Assembly (NCBI RefSeq): GCF_009914755.1
Contig: NC_060928.1
Length of the DNA stretch: 64,000 bases
Origin: the human T2T-CHM13v2.0 reference genome, Homo sapiens
Strand: one strand, 5' to 3'
Part shown: positions 1-18,528 of the stretch, piece after piece
How positions within the stretch are numbered: the stretch's first letter is position 1
Layout of the letters: each line of letters begins with the position of its first letter
Program-made: the position numbers and the translations under genes
The notes under the pieces: generated by a model
Databases searched by the model: none
Seen by the model: the letters and a program-made list of their open reading frames with translations, nothing else
What the model was told of the DNA's origin: nothing

Positions 1-878
1 TCCCAGAAGTCAAGGGCAGACTTTTCCTTCTGTCTTAGCAAAATCTGTCAGATGCCCATCTCTAGCTTCAAGAAAGTTATTTTTAGCTAGATGTGTTGCT
101 GTCTAGCTATGAACAATATCTTGATTCTGTTCATAAGGACAAAGACAGCAATTGATACTGGGTCCCAGCAAGTAGTGTGTGCCTTTCCAATTCTGCCTCA
201 GTTTCCACCATTCCGTATAAGGTAGCGAACACTATGCCAATTTTTCAAGATCTTCATACATATTTAGAAGATTCTGAATTTGTAACTATTGAGGAGATTC
301 ACTGATAGGAAGTATTTAAAAGTAGTCTTCAATTTTTACAGGTTTAGAGACATAGTTTTATTCACTCAACCAAACTATAACCATATTCCAAAGGTTGTGC
401 TAAGCAAAACCTCAGGACACTGATAAACCATGTTGCTGATTTATTAGCTTACAAGGAAGCTATAGGTGGGTCTAACAGAATGAGGAAGGCTGGACATTCA
501 GAAGGGGCTCCTCCTGCTGGGGAAAGTACATGTCAAGGCCAATGGGAAGGTTGCCTAGAGACCAACATGTCATTCATTAACTGGGTTAGGCTGAATGATC
601 CTCGACGCAAAGGGTATTTCTGATTACACAAGAAAAAAGTAGGGGATGTAACAAGTATTGATCACTTATGGATTGGACCAGGTGTTTTCACCTTGCCTCG
701 TTTTCAGGTTGTTCAGGATTGAATGTGTTATCAACCTTTTTTAGAGAGGAAACTAAACCCCAGAGGGATTGTCACTTGCCCAAAGTTGCCCAGATACCCA
801 AGGTAAACGTTCAATTTCAGCTCTGACTGACTTCAACCAATAGCTGTGGAGGTCTCCTAGCTATTAAAGTAGAATGCA

Positions 879-1186
<308 letters not shown>

Positions 1187-1713
1187 GTGGAATGCAGGCA
1201 GCCCTGACACAGCCTGTGTTCTCTCCACTGCACTCTGCTGCCACGACCATCCAGCTGCCTCTTTCCTCTTAGACATGGACTCATTCTGCTTAACATGATT
1301 TCTCTGGCCCCACTTCTGAGTTTCATATAGGTCCCAGCTTTTATTAACTCATGATTCTTTACATCAATTAGAATGCAACTTACTCAAATCGGACTTTTTT
1401 CCAGTTATATTTTTTGTTCTAAAGATAACGTGGCCTTCTGAACATCTTCACTATTTCAAGTTCTTGTCAGTAACATGTTTACAAACCATCTATGGAGATG
1501 GCCATCTTCTGATGTGTTGTTTCTATCTTAAAGGATGGCCTTTGGTATCCCTCATCCTTTTGGTGTCCCTCATCCTTGGAACGTCCTAACTGTTGTAAAT
1601 ACTGACCATATTGTTAAGCTTTCAGAACAGCATTAAATTTTACCATTTTGTTTTAGGTGTCTATGTGGAGAAACAATTTAGAAATTCATTTTTTGTGGAT
1701 TCTTTAAAACTCA

Positions 1714-2033
<320 letters not shown>

Positions 2034-2469
2034 CCTCACGGTAATACTCATTTTAGAGCTGGAAATCTCTGTTACTTGCAACTCTCCTAACTGTGTTCAT
2101 TGCAGTGATCTATTCCCCTACTAGACTATAAACTTTGTGAGGGCAGGAGCCATGTCCCATGTGCCTGAACATAGCACAGACTAGCTTCTCATTATGTAAA
2201 CATTTATCATATGGATAAAGGGGACTCTCCGAATAGTAAACCAACAGTTGAGAATTAACAAGTCACAAATCTGCATAGTTCTTTTCCATATAAAAAGTGC
2301 CGTGGCTCTAAGACCTAATGGGGCTCCTTCTGTACTACCACAAAGGCTTTCTGAATTGGTGGAAAATACAATAATCATTGTCATTGCATTAACCCACAAG
2401 TTATTGGGAATACTTACAAAATAACATTATAAACATTAAATCTCAAAACACTTTCTCACACATTTCAAA

Positions 2470-3950
<1,481 letters not shown>

Positions 3951-3960
3951 CACAGCTTAG

Positions 3961-4287
<327 letters not shown>

Positions 4288-4422
4288 TAGAAAGTGAAAA
4301 TACAGGGCATTCCATTTTTAACCGTATGTGTGTTTTAAATTCTTTCCAAGCTTGTGTTACATCTATAATCAAAATGATTTTCAATTTCTTAAAAATAATA
4401 ATCATTTGAGAAAACTGCCCCA

Positions 4423-4428
4423 TTTATT
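4423..4428 (-). terminator. Candidate SLC10A6 polyadenylation signal (AATAAA)
   Basis: First canonical AATAAA downstream of the stop codon, followed by U-rich sequence. A variant AGTAAA lies at 5136-5131. Confidence 0.35.
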
Positions 4429-4559
4429 ATAAGAGCTATTTGTTCTCCTCTCAGTGCACCTGAGGACCTGCCCAGAGTCAAGAAGTCACATAGGTCTGCG
4501 TCACCCTGCAGTATGAGGTGACATCTCCTCTACTTAGAGTTCTAACTCTTGTTCAATTA

Positions 4560-4907
<348 letters not shown>

Positions 4908-5180
4908 CTACTGCCAGGTACTATTTGCTGCATGGGAAGACAAGAACATACAAGGCAGCTCATTGATACGTTATGTTAACCCCCAGAAGAAACTCCCTGA
5001 AATGGGAATCTCCAAAAGTGATCCCATCACAATTCACAATCCACATGAAAATATAAATATTCTAACATTGAACACTTAAATATTCACACTGGCCCTACCA
5101 ACAAGATTCATGTGTCAGCTGCACACTGTCTTTACTGGCCACTGAAAAAGAAGGGGGCCAGTCCAGCCAGCTAGTCCCTG

Positions 5181-5395
5181 CTATTCACATGAAGTGATGT
5201 GGCCAACTGGCTCGAGAGCCCTGTGGCAATCCATTGGCCCTGGTGGCCCAGGAGTGATGGCACCTTCTTCATTCACCTCCAAGAAGGCATTGGTCTCTCT
5301 GGAAGAAGTCGATTTCCTCGTATGGCAGACTTCTGTGCAACCTGAGTTCTTTTTTCCATGTTTGTTCTTCAATCTCCTCTTGTACGTCTGATATG
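5181..5395 (-). CDS. SLC10A6: SLC10A6 coding exon 6, 215 nt including stop TAG at 5183-5181
   Basis: Acceptor AACACCTAG|CA, encodes (A)YQTYKRRLKNKHGKKNSG...EPVGHITSCE*. The six exons sum to 1134 nt, an intact 377-aa frame. Confidence 0.97.
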
Positions 5396-6069
5396 CTAGG
5401 TGTTAAAACATACAAGTATTAACAATCACTTTAACAAAGAGTCTAATTTGGTGACACTGTACACTTGTCAATCCTTCAGGTGTTTGTTTCAGTGGCATCA
5501 TGTATGTATAAACACCCAGGGAAAAGAAGGGGGAAAGAGAGAAAGCTATAGAACAGAAGGATTCAGTGTATCAGAATGGCTCTTTTGTCTGGATGAACCA
5601 TTTGTGATTGAGGCTCATTCATCAGGTTGCTGACAGCTTACACACTCATATATTCATTCATTCATTCATTCATTCATTCACTCATTCAGCTAGTCAGCTG
5701 GCAAATACTGCGAGTGCTTACTAGAAGTAGGACACTCTCCTGGGTTCTGGGCTAGAGCTGGGAATGAGCCAGAAATGATGCTTGCTTCAGTCTCTCCATG
5801 AGAAGGAAAGAAAACTTGGGTCTGAGACCAAGAGTTTGACTCTAATAGGATTTATCTTATCTGTTGGGGAAATTAAGCCCCAGGTATTCCTGATATTGTT
5901 ATATTGATTGTTATATCTGTAATCAGTATATAATAATAACAATCAGCAATCAGTATATAATCAGTTCTATCAGTAATCATTGAGTCTTACTCAGACCCAA
6001 TTCCCTAACAGCAGCAAAAATTTACCATGGCCCAAGATTAAAATATATATGTGTATGTGAACATATATA

Positions 6070-6332
6070 TTTTTTTTTTTCTTTTTCGACTTTTAGATCC
6101 ATGTGCATGTTTGTTTCCTGGGTATATTGTGTGATGCTGAAGTTTGGGAAACAAATGATCTTATCACGCAGGTAGTGAGCACAGTACCCAACAGTTTGTT
6201 TTTCAACCTTCGCCCCCTCCCTCCCTCTTCTAGTAGTCCCCAGTTTCTATTATTGCCATCTTTATGTCCATGAGCACCCAATGTTTAGCTCCCACTTGTA
6301 AGTGAGGTATTTGGTTTTCTGTTCTTGCATTA
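6070..6332 (-). mobile_element. Older L1PA 3' UTR fragment
   Basis: T-tail, then GGTATATTGTGTGATGCTGAAGTTTGGG...GCTCCCACTTGTAAGTGAG. Confidence 0.75.
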
Positions 6333-6912
6333 TATATATTTTTAAATTTACCCTCTGTGAACAAACATAATAAAAGACTCCAAAGTAATGTATATTTGGC
6401 TGCAATCACATGTGCATACACATATATATTTCAATATTTGTATATGTGTAATATTTAATATTTGAAAAACATTTCACAGCCATTCAGCACAAGTCTTAGT
6501 CACAGAAACATTGAAATAACTTGGCATTTGGGAGACCTCAAGGCTTTTAATGAGACCTAACAAATCAACGCTTAAGTGCAGCAAATGTCACTTTGGAGCT
6601 CAATGATTGCTCATAGAGATCTTGTCTTAACAAGTTACGAAGTCTAAGTTCTGATAGTGGATTCACTTTTGTGAAGTATATTTGTTTATAATTATAAGCT
6701 CATTTTCAGATGGCTTTTTATATTTTTCTGTGAAACTCCCACTTGTGCGCCAAACTATCCTGTCTATGTGCCTTATCGTCCCCAGAAATGTCAGGCTTTC
6801 AAAAAGTGTATCACAGGGGCAGCACATGCAAGTTTGGATTGAAAAAAAAGTTGGTAAGTTGGGGTGAACAATTTCCCGTCAGTTATTTCCTACCCAATGG
6901 GTGTTCACCCAC

Positions 6913-7070
6913 CTGCAACAATAAGAAATCCATCTATCAGCTGGAAGAGTCCATAGGCCAGTGGGAAACTCAACATCTGGACCAAGTGCTCAGCAGTGAA
7001 AGATAACTGGAGCATGGTGATGCACATCTGAATATTCTGAGCTCCAGTTTCTAAGGAAATTGTCCTGCAC
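6913..7070 (-). CDS. SLC10A6: SLC10A6 coding exon 5, 158 nt
   Basis: Acceptor TTTTTGGTAG|G, encodes (R)CRTISLETGAQNIQMCITMLQLSFTAEHLVQMLSFPLAYGLFQLIDGFLIVA with the SLC10 ETGxQN motif, donor CAG|GTGGGT. Confidence 0.97.
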
Positions 7071-7597
7071 CTACCAAAAAGAAAATGTTTCAAGAGTAAC
7101 GCACTAGCAATAAGAACTATTCTAATATTTTCTCATATGCATCATAACAATTAGAAGCTATGACCTCAGGCCACTGAAAATGTGTACTCATTCCATAGTT
7201 ATTTGCTGAGTGCCTATTCTGCAGGTGGTCTTCTGAGAGGCACGGTGGAGTGAGGCTTTGCAAACCCTGCCCTAGGCATCTGAGTAAAAAGACAAGATAA
7301 ACACACAGGAGAGGTTCAGCAACAACACAAGACAAAGTATGGCCAAAGGCCACGCAGATGTAGAAATTTAGAAAATGGCAGAAGGGGTGAGAGAAGGCTT
7401 CACAGAGGAGTGGGATTTAAGGATGGAAAAAAATAGAAGAAGCTTTTGATGAGGGGGAAATATTATAAAAATTAAAGTTCCAGGGAGAGGTGTGAGTGTG
7501 GCCTGTTCAGCAGGCATTGCATATACTGTAAGCCAATCTGCAGAGAGGAGAGGACTGGAGGAGACAAGAATGGAAAGTTGAGTTAGAGATATGATGC

Positions 7598-8070
7598 AGG
7601 ACATGGTGGCTCATGCCTGGAATCCCAGCACTGAGAGGCAGAAGCGGGAAGATTGCTTGAGCCAGGAATTCAAGACCACCCTGGGCAACAGAGTAAGACC
7701 CTGTCTCTACAAAAAGAAAAACGTATATATATTTTTGAAAGACATATGAAACAATATAAACTAACCAACACTTAAAAACAAATAAACAAGGCCAGGCACA
7801 GTGGCTCACGCCTGTAATCTCAGCACTTTGAGAGACCAAGGTGGGTGGATCACCTGAGGTCAGGAGTTCGAGACCAGCCTGGCCAACATGGTGAAACCCT
7901 GTCCCTACCAAAAATACAAAAATTAGCCTGGCGTGGTGGCACACGCTCCTGTAATCCCAGCTACTCGGGAGGCTGAGGCACGAGAATCACTTGAATCCAG
8001 GAGGCAGAGGTTGCACTCCAGCCTGGGCAACGAGGTCTCAATAAATAAATAAATAAATAAATAAATAAAA
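7598..8070 (+). mobile_element. FLAM/Alu monomer (7598-7720) followed by AluS (7790-8070) with (AAAT)n tail, inside an L2 relic
   Basis: Alu consensus motifs; L2-like sequence at about 7190-7590 and 8220-8440. Confidence 0.8.
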
Positions 8071-9477
8071 ACACAAAAACCCTGAATAAAGACCAAATTC
8101 CTAAAATGATTATCTTTGGTGAAAGAGTTTGGTAATAATTTTTCTTTTTGCTTTCTACTTTTCTATACTTTATTGGTTTTCTGGTTGCATAAAATGAAGT
8201 AAACCTCATTTGAAAAGACAAAGGAGGGAATAGAGGGAAGACCTGGGCAGGATGTTGAGGGCTGAGTTAAGCAGTTTCACGTCTCCAGTTTATAAAGGGA
8301 GCCTGCAGTGTTTTATATGTGGAAGTGAGGAGATAAAAGAGGTGTTTCAGAAAACAAACAAGCACCTCTGTGCAAGCTGGACTGGAATGGGGAAGTAACA
8401 AGGGTGTGTAATGAGGGGGTGAAAATGCTGTCAATGGTACAGGGCAAGCTCTGTGTTCATACGTTATTTCTACTTATTCTATTGCTTGCTACACTTGTCT
8501 CAAACCACCCTCACTTCTTTGAGACTTTTGTCAAAAACTCGATATGATTAAGCTACAAAGCTGGAACTCACACCTGCACCATTCATGAGCCAAATCTCAG
8601 TCCTGGGCTTTGTCAGGCTATCAGGTATGAAAAAGATGGGATTGTGGACTACATCTTGCCATAGGAGTACTTTCTGTCCAGAGCCAATTGCATTTCAACC
8701 ACTCAACAGACTGTGTTCCTAATTGTTAAATTTGGAAACAAACCCAGGTCCAAATCCTAACTCCACAATTTTCTAGCTCTATGAACTTGGTCAAGTCACT
8801 TAATTTCTCTGAAGGGTCTGCTCATCAGTAGAATGAGGGTAGTGATAGGATCTACTTCTCAAGCTTGTAGTAAGAAGTAAATGAGATAGATGGGGTAAAG
8901 CTTTACCGGGCGCTTAGTACAACCCTAAATGTTCCCCAAGTGGATTAGAAGTAGCATAAAGCCAATTAAAAATTCCCAACTTTCACCTTTGGAATTCAAC
9001 TGCATAGTTTACTCTTCTTTAGTAATTTTTTTCTGCTTTTAAAAGTAGTACATACTTATTGAAAAGCTTCAAAAATATACCAAGGAAATACTAAAGAACT
9101 AAAATTATCCTTAATTTCGCTACTCAAAATTAAACATTGTTACCATATGGTGTATTTCTTCCAGTATATTTTGATGCATAGAATTCTTTTTGCTTTCTTC
9201 TACGAAGTGGGAATCAAATCATGTCGTTTTCTATTCTTTTTTAACTTAAATTTATCTCTTCCTATCAATTTGGCCTTTGCTTTAATTTACATAAAGAATT
9301 ACCACAATATTTTCCATGAATTGCCATGAATGACCCTCTTTTATGCTTAGTTATCCTGTCGATTCCACTATGTAAGTCAAAACTCTTCATGTCTCCTGAC
9401 ACAGGCAGCAAAGCCTACCAGTGGCAGTGTGTTAAATTTACCTTCCTCAAAAAAGTTTATGGATAGTTTAACTATAC

Positions 9478-9653
9478 CTTTGCCAAGACTGGTGGGTAAA
9501 AAGTGCCAGCAGAAAACCCGTGACATGGCCAATCAAAGGAAAGATGAAACTGATGGTCAGAAGGGTGATGTCTGAATTCCAAGATCCTTTCGCCAGGACC
9601 ACACCAGCAACTGCGACCACCAGAAGGAGGACCCCACCAACAACGGCCCCAAT
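9478..9653 (-). CDS. SLC10A6: SLC10A6 coding exon 4, 176 nt
   Basis: Acceptor TTGCTTCAG|ATT, encodes IGAVVGGVLLLVVAVAGVVLAKGSWNSDITLLTISFIFPLIGHVTGFLLALFTHQSWQ(R), donor AAG|GTATAG. Confidence 0.97.
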
Positions 9654-10613
9654 CTGAAGCAAACAATAAAATAAGTGAATATAAACTCAGGGTTTTTTGC
9701 TCTATGATACAAAGTCCATCAAGGTTGTAAAATGCTTGGGATCTAGAAATTTTAGAACAAAGAAGGGACTTAGAGATGACTAAATACAATTTCATTTAGT
9801 AGAGGAGAAATCTGAGTTCCAAAGTGGTCAAGTAACTTGCCTATGCTAGAAATTGGTGGAGTTTGACACAAATCTAAGTCTCGCTTTAGCATATCTACCT
9901 TTCTCTTCAAGTAGAAGATTTTGCCAAAAGGATTGGGTAGTAGAGTTCTATTGTGGGTAGAACAAAAGTGTAAAATGAATGGAATCTGACAATGAGCTTC
10001 CAACACCCCTGCACACACCTCTATGACCCTCTGCTTGTGACCTCCAGTCTGACGTCTGCCCTGCCTGACCATCTGCCTCCCCTCCCACCGCCCCTTCAAC
10101 CACCAGCAGCTGCCTGCTGCTTTGATCCCTGTCCTTCTCCCCTCCAAATAAAATTTACCCATTCTTCATTGGACAATCTGAGCTAATACTCATGATCACA
10201 TGAGAAATACTGATGGAGACCTCTATCCTCTCCCAAATGGATACTGTCCTTACTTTTGTTGTTTAACAAGAACAGAAACAAAAGCCAACAATAACAAAAT
10301 TTTGAATAGTTTGAGATTTAGATAAAATAGGAAGAAAGCATAACCTAGGGTATTTTGGGAAAATCAGGATCTTGGCAAGCTCCTGTTCATATCATGTAGA
10401 CAGTAAACTGTGTACCTAGTTACAGTGTCAACCTTGATTTGAAATGATTCAGGATGTGAAGGAGGATGGTCGTAGGAAACTAGAGAAGACAACAAACAAA
10501 CAGAATGACCCAATATACCATAAATGTGTTCTGGGGGTCATTTTTACTGTTCAAATACAGAGACAGACTAGACCCCTGCCTAAGAAAAAGATGCTAAGAC
10601 AAGAAAGCCTCTT

Positions 10614-11181
<568 letters not shown>

Positions 11182-11598
11182 AACAGGGAATGAAGATATA
11201 CTAAAATAATGATTACATTAGCCTAGTTTTTTTTTTTTACTAAGGTAGTCTAGAATATTTATGCATATTATTAAATGTTTTGCCATAAATCCTATGAAAT
11301 ACCCAAAAGAAAAGAGTTTTAAATTTGCTCGTTACAGAAAATAAAACTGACATGTAAAAAAATGTATCTGGTTTCTCCATTGACACTGATGGACTGATAG
11401 AGGAGCTGGAAAACTCCAAAAGCATTATTTTTGTTATTGTTGTTAAATGCCCTTTTAAGAAAAATAATCAAAGATAGAGTACTTGAAAAGCAAGAAGTTT
11501 CCATGATCATTTCCCTCCTCTTGTTTTGTAAACAAAATCATAACTACCACACTGGAAATTTTCTCCTACTGAAATAACAATAATAAATGTGGAAAAGG

Positions 11599-11887
<289 letters not shown>

Positions 11888-12450
11888 CTTAATTAATTTT
11901 TAAAAATAAATGTGGAAAAGATGGGACTTTATTCCATGAGTACAGCTAAAAAAGGAGAGTGAAAATCAGGTGTGCACTATTGATGTTAAAGTCATCCATA
12001 TGCAATACAAATGTACTATACTAAGCCATCCTCCAGCTCTCTGTGCCCAGCTGATTTTCTGCTTGGCAAGCCCTCTCCTCTCATTCTCCATCGCACTGAA
12101 GGAATGGTGGGAATGGTTTGGCCTTGTGCATAACTGGGAAAACAGTGTCCATTAGCACAGGCATATAGAGTGGCAATGTTCTGTGAGGTAGAGCCAAACG
12201 GCAAAAGCTTAAACCAAGCCAAACCATAAACCAGAAAACAAAATTAACTGAGATTTACTACATGAAACTCTAAATAACCCCAAATGTTTACTTCTTTATA
12301 AATGTAAAATATAACTGAAACATTTTTAAAATCTTCATGAAAGCCACACATATTACAACCTTCTATCTGCTAAAGTGATACATAATCAGAAAAAAAATGG
12401 AAAGCACCCTAGGAGACTCACACCATTGTTAAGAATGCCTCCTCTTTACG

Positions 12451-12622
12451 TTTTGTTGTTTTGTTTCATTTTTTAGAGATGGGGTCTCACTCTGTGATCC
12501 AGGCTCCAGTGCAATGGCATGATAATGGCTCACTGTAGCCTCAACCTCCTGGCCTCAAGCAATCCTCCCACCTCAGCCTGCCAAAGTTCTGGGATTACAG
12601 ATGTGAGCCACTGCACCTGGCC
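12451..12622 (-). mobile_element. Alu monomer/partial AluJ
   Basis: Single-arm antisense Alu. Confidence 0.75.
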
Positions 12623-13276
12623 TCTTGAATTATTTTTAAAAGCCATTTAACAAAGACATTTGCTTGTTTCTCCAGCAGACAAAGGGCAGGACTGCAAAGA
12701 CAAGAGGAGGTAGAAAGTTCTAGTCACCATCATTCCATAGCTAGACTCCTCAGTGCTTCCTGGATGATTTCATTTAAACAGTCTTATTCATGTAGTCAGC
12801 AGCCCTTGCTCATGTGTACAAACAACAGCTTTGGCCGTGACCCCAGGAATGCTTCTGCAAGACAGCCCTTCCTCCTACTCTTCCAAGAAACCAGCCATAT
12901 TACTAAACACTGGGGTTCCCTTTCATGCTCACTTGAACAGCTTCTGCCTCAAGAGCACCTGTGTGAAGCCTTGTTTATGGATGGGCCTGGGCTCTTCTGT
13001 CCACACACAGGCTTTAGCTTTCCTGACACTAAATCAATAGTTGCTTATTTTCCAGGGCGTCATAAGCCTCAGGGTACAGAACTATGGGAGTGGCAAAGCA
13101 AGGCTTACAGGGTGGAGGAAATATGATCCCTGGATCCAAAACCACAGGATGTGTAAGAAGAATTTCTGGGTGTGGGGCCGTACTCAACAAGCTCACTTGT
13201 CCCAGCCACTGCTCACTTCTGTCTTTCAGGCCCCTGAGTCTGAGGACGTGCCAACAGTGGCCATGAAGTCACTCAC

Positions 13277-13365
13277 CTTGAGAATGATTTTGGATTGTTT
13301 TGGCCATCTGTAATTCACATAGACACCAAAGGCCACAGGAATGGTCAGGCACACAAGGGTAATTC
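13277..13365 (-). CDS. SLC10A6: SLC10A6 coding exon 3, 89 nt
   Basis: Acceptor TTCTCTTTAG|GA, encodes (G)ITLVCLTIPVAFGVYVNYRWPKQSKIILK, donor AAG|GTGAGT. Not in the ORF track; read by hand. Confidence 0.97.
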
Positions 13366-13800
13366 CTAAAGAGAAGAAAAATCCATGAGAGGGTTTTCCC
13401 TCTCACCCTGACTGCACAGTACTTCCCAACAACTTCTATTTCAATTAGGTAACAGCTTTAAACTGACATTTTCCCATGCCACTTCCCAAGTCTGGATAAA
13501 TGCCTACAATATTGGCTCCAAAGTTATATAAGCTGCTCATAACATTTTGCGTCTTGTGAGTGCCTTTCAGAACATATTATCAAAGCAGAATATATTAAAT
13601 AACTTACTGATCAGAAAAAAAGTTGCACATAAAATCATGGTTTCTAAATTAAGGTTTCCCTCAAATTTTACAGATTCAGTGGGCTCCCGCTATTGTGAGG
13701 AAGTGGGTTCATTCATGGTTTTGAACTATGGGCCATGGGTTGTAAGCCTTCAAGGTGTTTACCTGAGACACCAGATTGACACTGAGAGTCTTAAGAATCA

Positions 13801-14095
<295 letters not shown>

Positions 14096-14790
14096 CATAG
14101 TGCCTATCACTTTTTCAAAAACTGACCACACTAGAAAAGGCAGATCATTTCACCACATTTCTCTTCTAAGCTTGCTAAACCCACAGAGATCTTTAGGAAA
14201 ATGGCAGACTTTCATGAGAAATAATATTCAGAAGAGGAGATAATGAAAGAGATATGGGTGAGACTGTGACATGTAGATGAGTTTTCATAATCAGTAAGAA
14301 TTATTTACATTCAACCTCCAAGAAAAAGTCAAGGTTCGCAGGCAATGTGAAAGGTGAAGTCACAGGAAGGTCTAATTAGAGCCACTAGATCCAGTTAAAC
14401 CTTGGAGTATAAAGAGTCCAATTGCTTTATAGTCTAATTACATAAGGGTTTGATTCCTGCTTTTTCAAAGTAAATTATCTGGCTTTCTTTTTTTTTCAAA
14501 AATGCACTCTTATAGGGATGAAAGTTTGCACTTTGTAGTCAGATTCCCGGGTTAGAACTCCAGTTCCGTACTTACCAGCTGCATAATCTTGATCAAGTTA
14601 CTAAACCTCTTGAAGCCTGAAGACCTAGGAGACTGAACTGGTAACAGAATCTATACTGTAGGGTTCTTTAAGGGATTAAATTAAGTACTACCAAAAAAAT
14701 CCCTGCATAAAGAGTTATATAATTAAGAACAGCTATTATTAGTATCATCACCATTACTGTTAGTCCTCCATTTCCCAGGCCCATACAGAC

Positions 14791-14909
14791 CTATGTTCTG
14801 ATAAGGAATGGTGAGATTCTGCTGAAGACTCCAGGACCAGGTGTAGAGATAAATGCAGAGTGGCATCATTCCCAGGGCGGCCACGGTGGAACAGGTTGTC
14901 ATACTGATG
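14791..14909 (-). CDS. SLC10A6: SLC10A6 coding exon 2, 119 nt
   Basis: Acceptor TTTACTTTCAG|C, encodes (S)ISMTTCSTVAALGMMPLCIYLYTWSWSLQQNLTIPYQNI(G), donor TAG|GTCTGT. Phase fits exons 1 and 3. Confidence 0.97.
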
Positions 14910-15189
14910 CTGAAAGTAAAATTAATACAATGCTTAGGAGGGAGCATTGGACATGAAGAATTTAGTCTTTACCAAAAGCAACTCCTAGGACACAATTTCC
15001 TAGAGATTACATGGACTAAGCTCCTTGGAGCTCATTTCTCTCCCGTTGTTTAACAAACGATGGCTATATTTCTGGTCTACAAAGAGATTTCCAGTAGTTC
15101 TTGTCATCCATCAATTACCTCATATTTATTTTACTATCTACTTGCCTTAAAATTCTGCTAGGCACTATAGAATTATTTTCTTATCTAGT

Positions 15190-16175
15190 TCTTTTTTATT
15201 GAAGTATAATCCACAAGCCATAAAATTCATCATTTTAAATTATACAATTCAGCAGTTTTTAGTATAGTCACAACATTATGCAATAATAGCACCATTTCCA
15301 GGATAGTTTCATCACCCCAGAAAGAAACCCCATCCCCATTAGCAGTCACTCCCCAATCCCTCCTTCCCCTAGCCCTTAGCAAGCACAAATCTACTTTCCG
15401 TCTTTATAGGATTACCTGTTCTGGACATTTCATATCAACAGAATCATACATGCAGCCTTTTTTCTGTGTCTAGCTTCTTTCCCTTAGCATAACATTTTCG
15501 ACGTTTGATAATAGTTTGGCTGTTTGTCCTCTCCAACTCTCATGTTGAAATTTGATTCCCAACGTTGGAGGCGGGGGCAAGTGGGAAATATTTCGGTCAC
15601 AGGGGCAGATCCCTCATGAACAGGCTGGTGCCATTCTCGTGGGATTCACTGAGTTCTCACTCAGTTCTTATGAGCTCTAGTTGTTAAAAAGAGTCTGACA
15701 CCTCCCTCCCCTCTCTTACCATGTGATGCCTGCTCCTCTTCCCCTTCCACCATGGGTGGGGTCTTCATGAGGCCCTCACCAGATGCAGATGCTGGCACTT
15801 TGCTTCTTGTGTACAGCCTGCAGACCCTCGAGCCAAATAAACCTGTTTTATTTAGAAATTACCTACCCTCAGGTATTCCTTCATGGCAACTCACATGGGC
15901 TAAGACAAGGTTTATCCATGTTTTAACATATATCACAGCTTCATTCTTTTTATGTCCTTATTCTATTAATATAGTATATCACATTGATTTTTCTGTATAT
16001 TGAATCAACCTTGCATTTTGAAATAAATCATATTTGGTCATGGTGTATAATCCTTTATGTTGCTAGATTCAGTGTGATAGTATTTTTATTGAAAATTTTT
16101 GCATGTATATTCATAAGAACTATTGATCTGCAGTTTTCTTTTCTTGTGATATCTAGTTCTGGTACCAAGGGGATT
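15190..16175 (-). mobile_element. L1MB-like 3' fragments interrupted by an MST LTR
   Basis: TTTTTATTGAAGTATAAT and CTGTTCTGGACATTTCATATCAA; sequence resumes at AGGTTTATCCATGTT after the LTR. Confidence 0.65.
15506..15907 (+). mobile_element. MST-family MaLR solo LTR
   Basis: TGATAATAGTTTGGCTG...GGGCTAAGACA, with imperfect TSD ACGTT/AGGTT. Confidence 0.75.
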
Positions 16176-16180
16176 GGAAG

Positions 16181-16589
16181 TGTATTAGGCTGTTTGCATG
16201 GCCATAAAGAAATACCTGAGGCTGGGTAATTTATAAAGGAGATTCATAGTTCTGCAGGCTGTACAAGCATGGTTCCAGCATGTGCTCCTGGTAAGGACCT
16301 CAGGAAGTTCGCAATCATGGTAGAAGGCAAAGGGGAAGGGGGAGCAGGTATCTCACATGGCCAGAGAGGGAGCAAGGGAGAGTGAGAAAGGGGAGGTCCC
16401 AGACTTTTAAACAACCAGATCTCATGTGAACTAACTAAGCAAGAACTCACTTATCACCAAGGAGATGGCATTAACCATTCATGAGAGATCCACCCCATGA
16501 TCCAATAGCCTCCCACCAGGCCCCACCTCCAATACTGGAATCACATTTCAACATGAGATGTGGAGAGGACAAACACCCAAACCACATCA
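16181..16589 (-). mobile_element. MSTA/B-like MaLR solo LTR
   Basis: TGTATTAGGC...AATCACATTTCAACATGAGAT...ACCACATCA, with imperfect TSD GGAAG/GCAAG. Confidence 0.8.
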
Positions 16590-16856
16590 GCAAGTTAGAA
16601 TGCCACAAAGCTGACTGAACGCCTGCCCAGTATGAAGTGTTAATAAATATCTGTCAGGAAGAAGTCACGCAAACACCACATGCCATAAGCTCCCCATTGG
16701 ATAGGGCAGTGACCCCCACAGTCGCTGACCTGCAGACAGAGCAAGTTGGTTAGGGCAAGGGAAGGTACAGAACCACAGAGAAAGGGAACTGATGTGAGAT
16801 GCTAGACTGAATTAAGAATTCTGTTCCAATCCTGATATCGTGTGATCCTATGATTA

Positions 16857-17303
<447 letters not shown>

Positions 17304-17818
17304 TTAGAGTACAAAGTAAGATTTCTAGGCTTCAAAATGATGGTGTGATATACAAAAAAGCTGAGTCACTTAGCATCAGTTAGAGGGGTTGTGTTAAGTA
17401 AGGTGATAGTGGGACATCCAGTCTTTGGTGAACAAACCTGGAAAGATTTCTAAAGACAATCAGTCTGTTTATCTGTGTCATTACTGGGGTTGTCTCTGGC
17501 CACCTTGGAAAGTGAAATGTGGGTTTGTGAGCCGGACGAACCAAACCAAAACCAACAGCCATGCTACATAGCTTTACCAGGAAAACAACTGAGACCATCA
17601 GAAGGAAGTTGTGGTCTTTGTTCAACAAATCCAGAATGATTTCTACTGGAAAACTGGTTTGTTTATCTCTGTTATTATTGAGGTTAATTGTTTCTAAGTC
17701 AAAAGGCTAACACATTTTAAGCGCAATGGTTCTTAAGAACTTTTAAGTACATAATGTCTGTGACAGAGGGGGAAGAGTACTTGGTTTGAAGTCCTCAAAA
17801 ACTGTGTATCGTGATTAC

Positions 17819-18162
17819 TGCTATGGTCTGAATGTGTCCTCCAAAATTCATAGGTTGGAAATCAAATCCCTAAGACAACAGTATTGAGAGGTGGAGCTTT
17901 CTGGGAGGTGTTTAGGTCACAATGAATCCACCTTCATGAATGAATTAATGCTATTTTAAGAGGACTCCACCAAGGAAGTTTGTTCCTTTTTGCCCTTCTC
18001 TCTTCCACCACGTGAGGAGCAAGAAGGACCTCACCAGACAATAGATGCCAGCACCTTCATCTTAGACTTCCCAGCCTCCAGAATGTAAGGGAATAATTTC
18101 TCTTCTCTATACATTAACCAGTCTCAGGTATCCTGTACAGCAGCACAAAATGGACTAAGACA
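17819..18162 (+). mobile_element. MLT1A/MSTD-like MaLR solo LTR
   Basis: TGCTATGGTCTGAATGTGTCC...GGACTAAGACA, with perfect TSD ATTAC. Confidence 0.8.
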
Positions 18163-18195
18163 ATTACTATATTGTTATTACATTATATGAACTAA

Positions 18196-18528
<333 letters not shown>

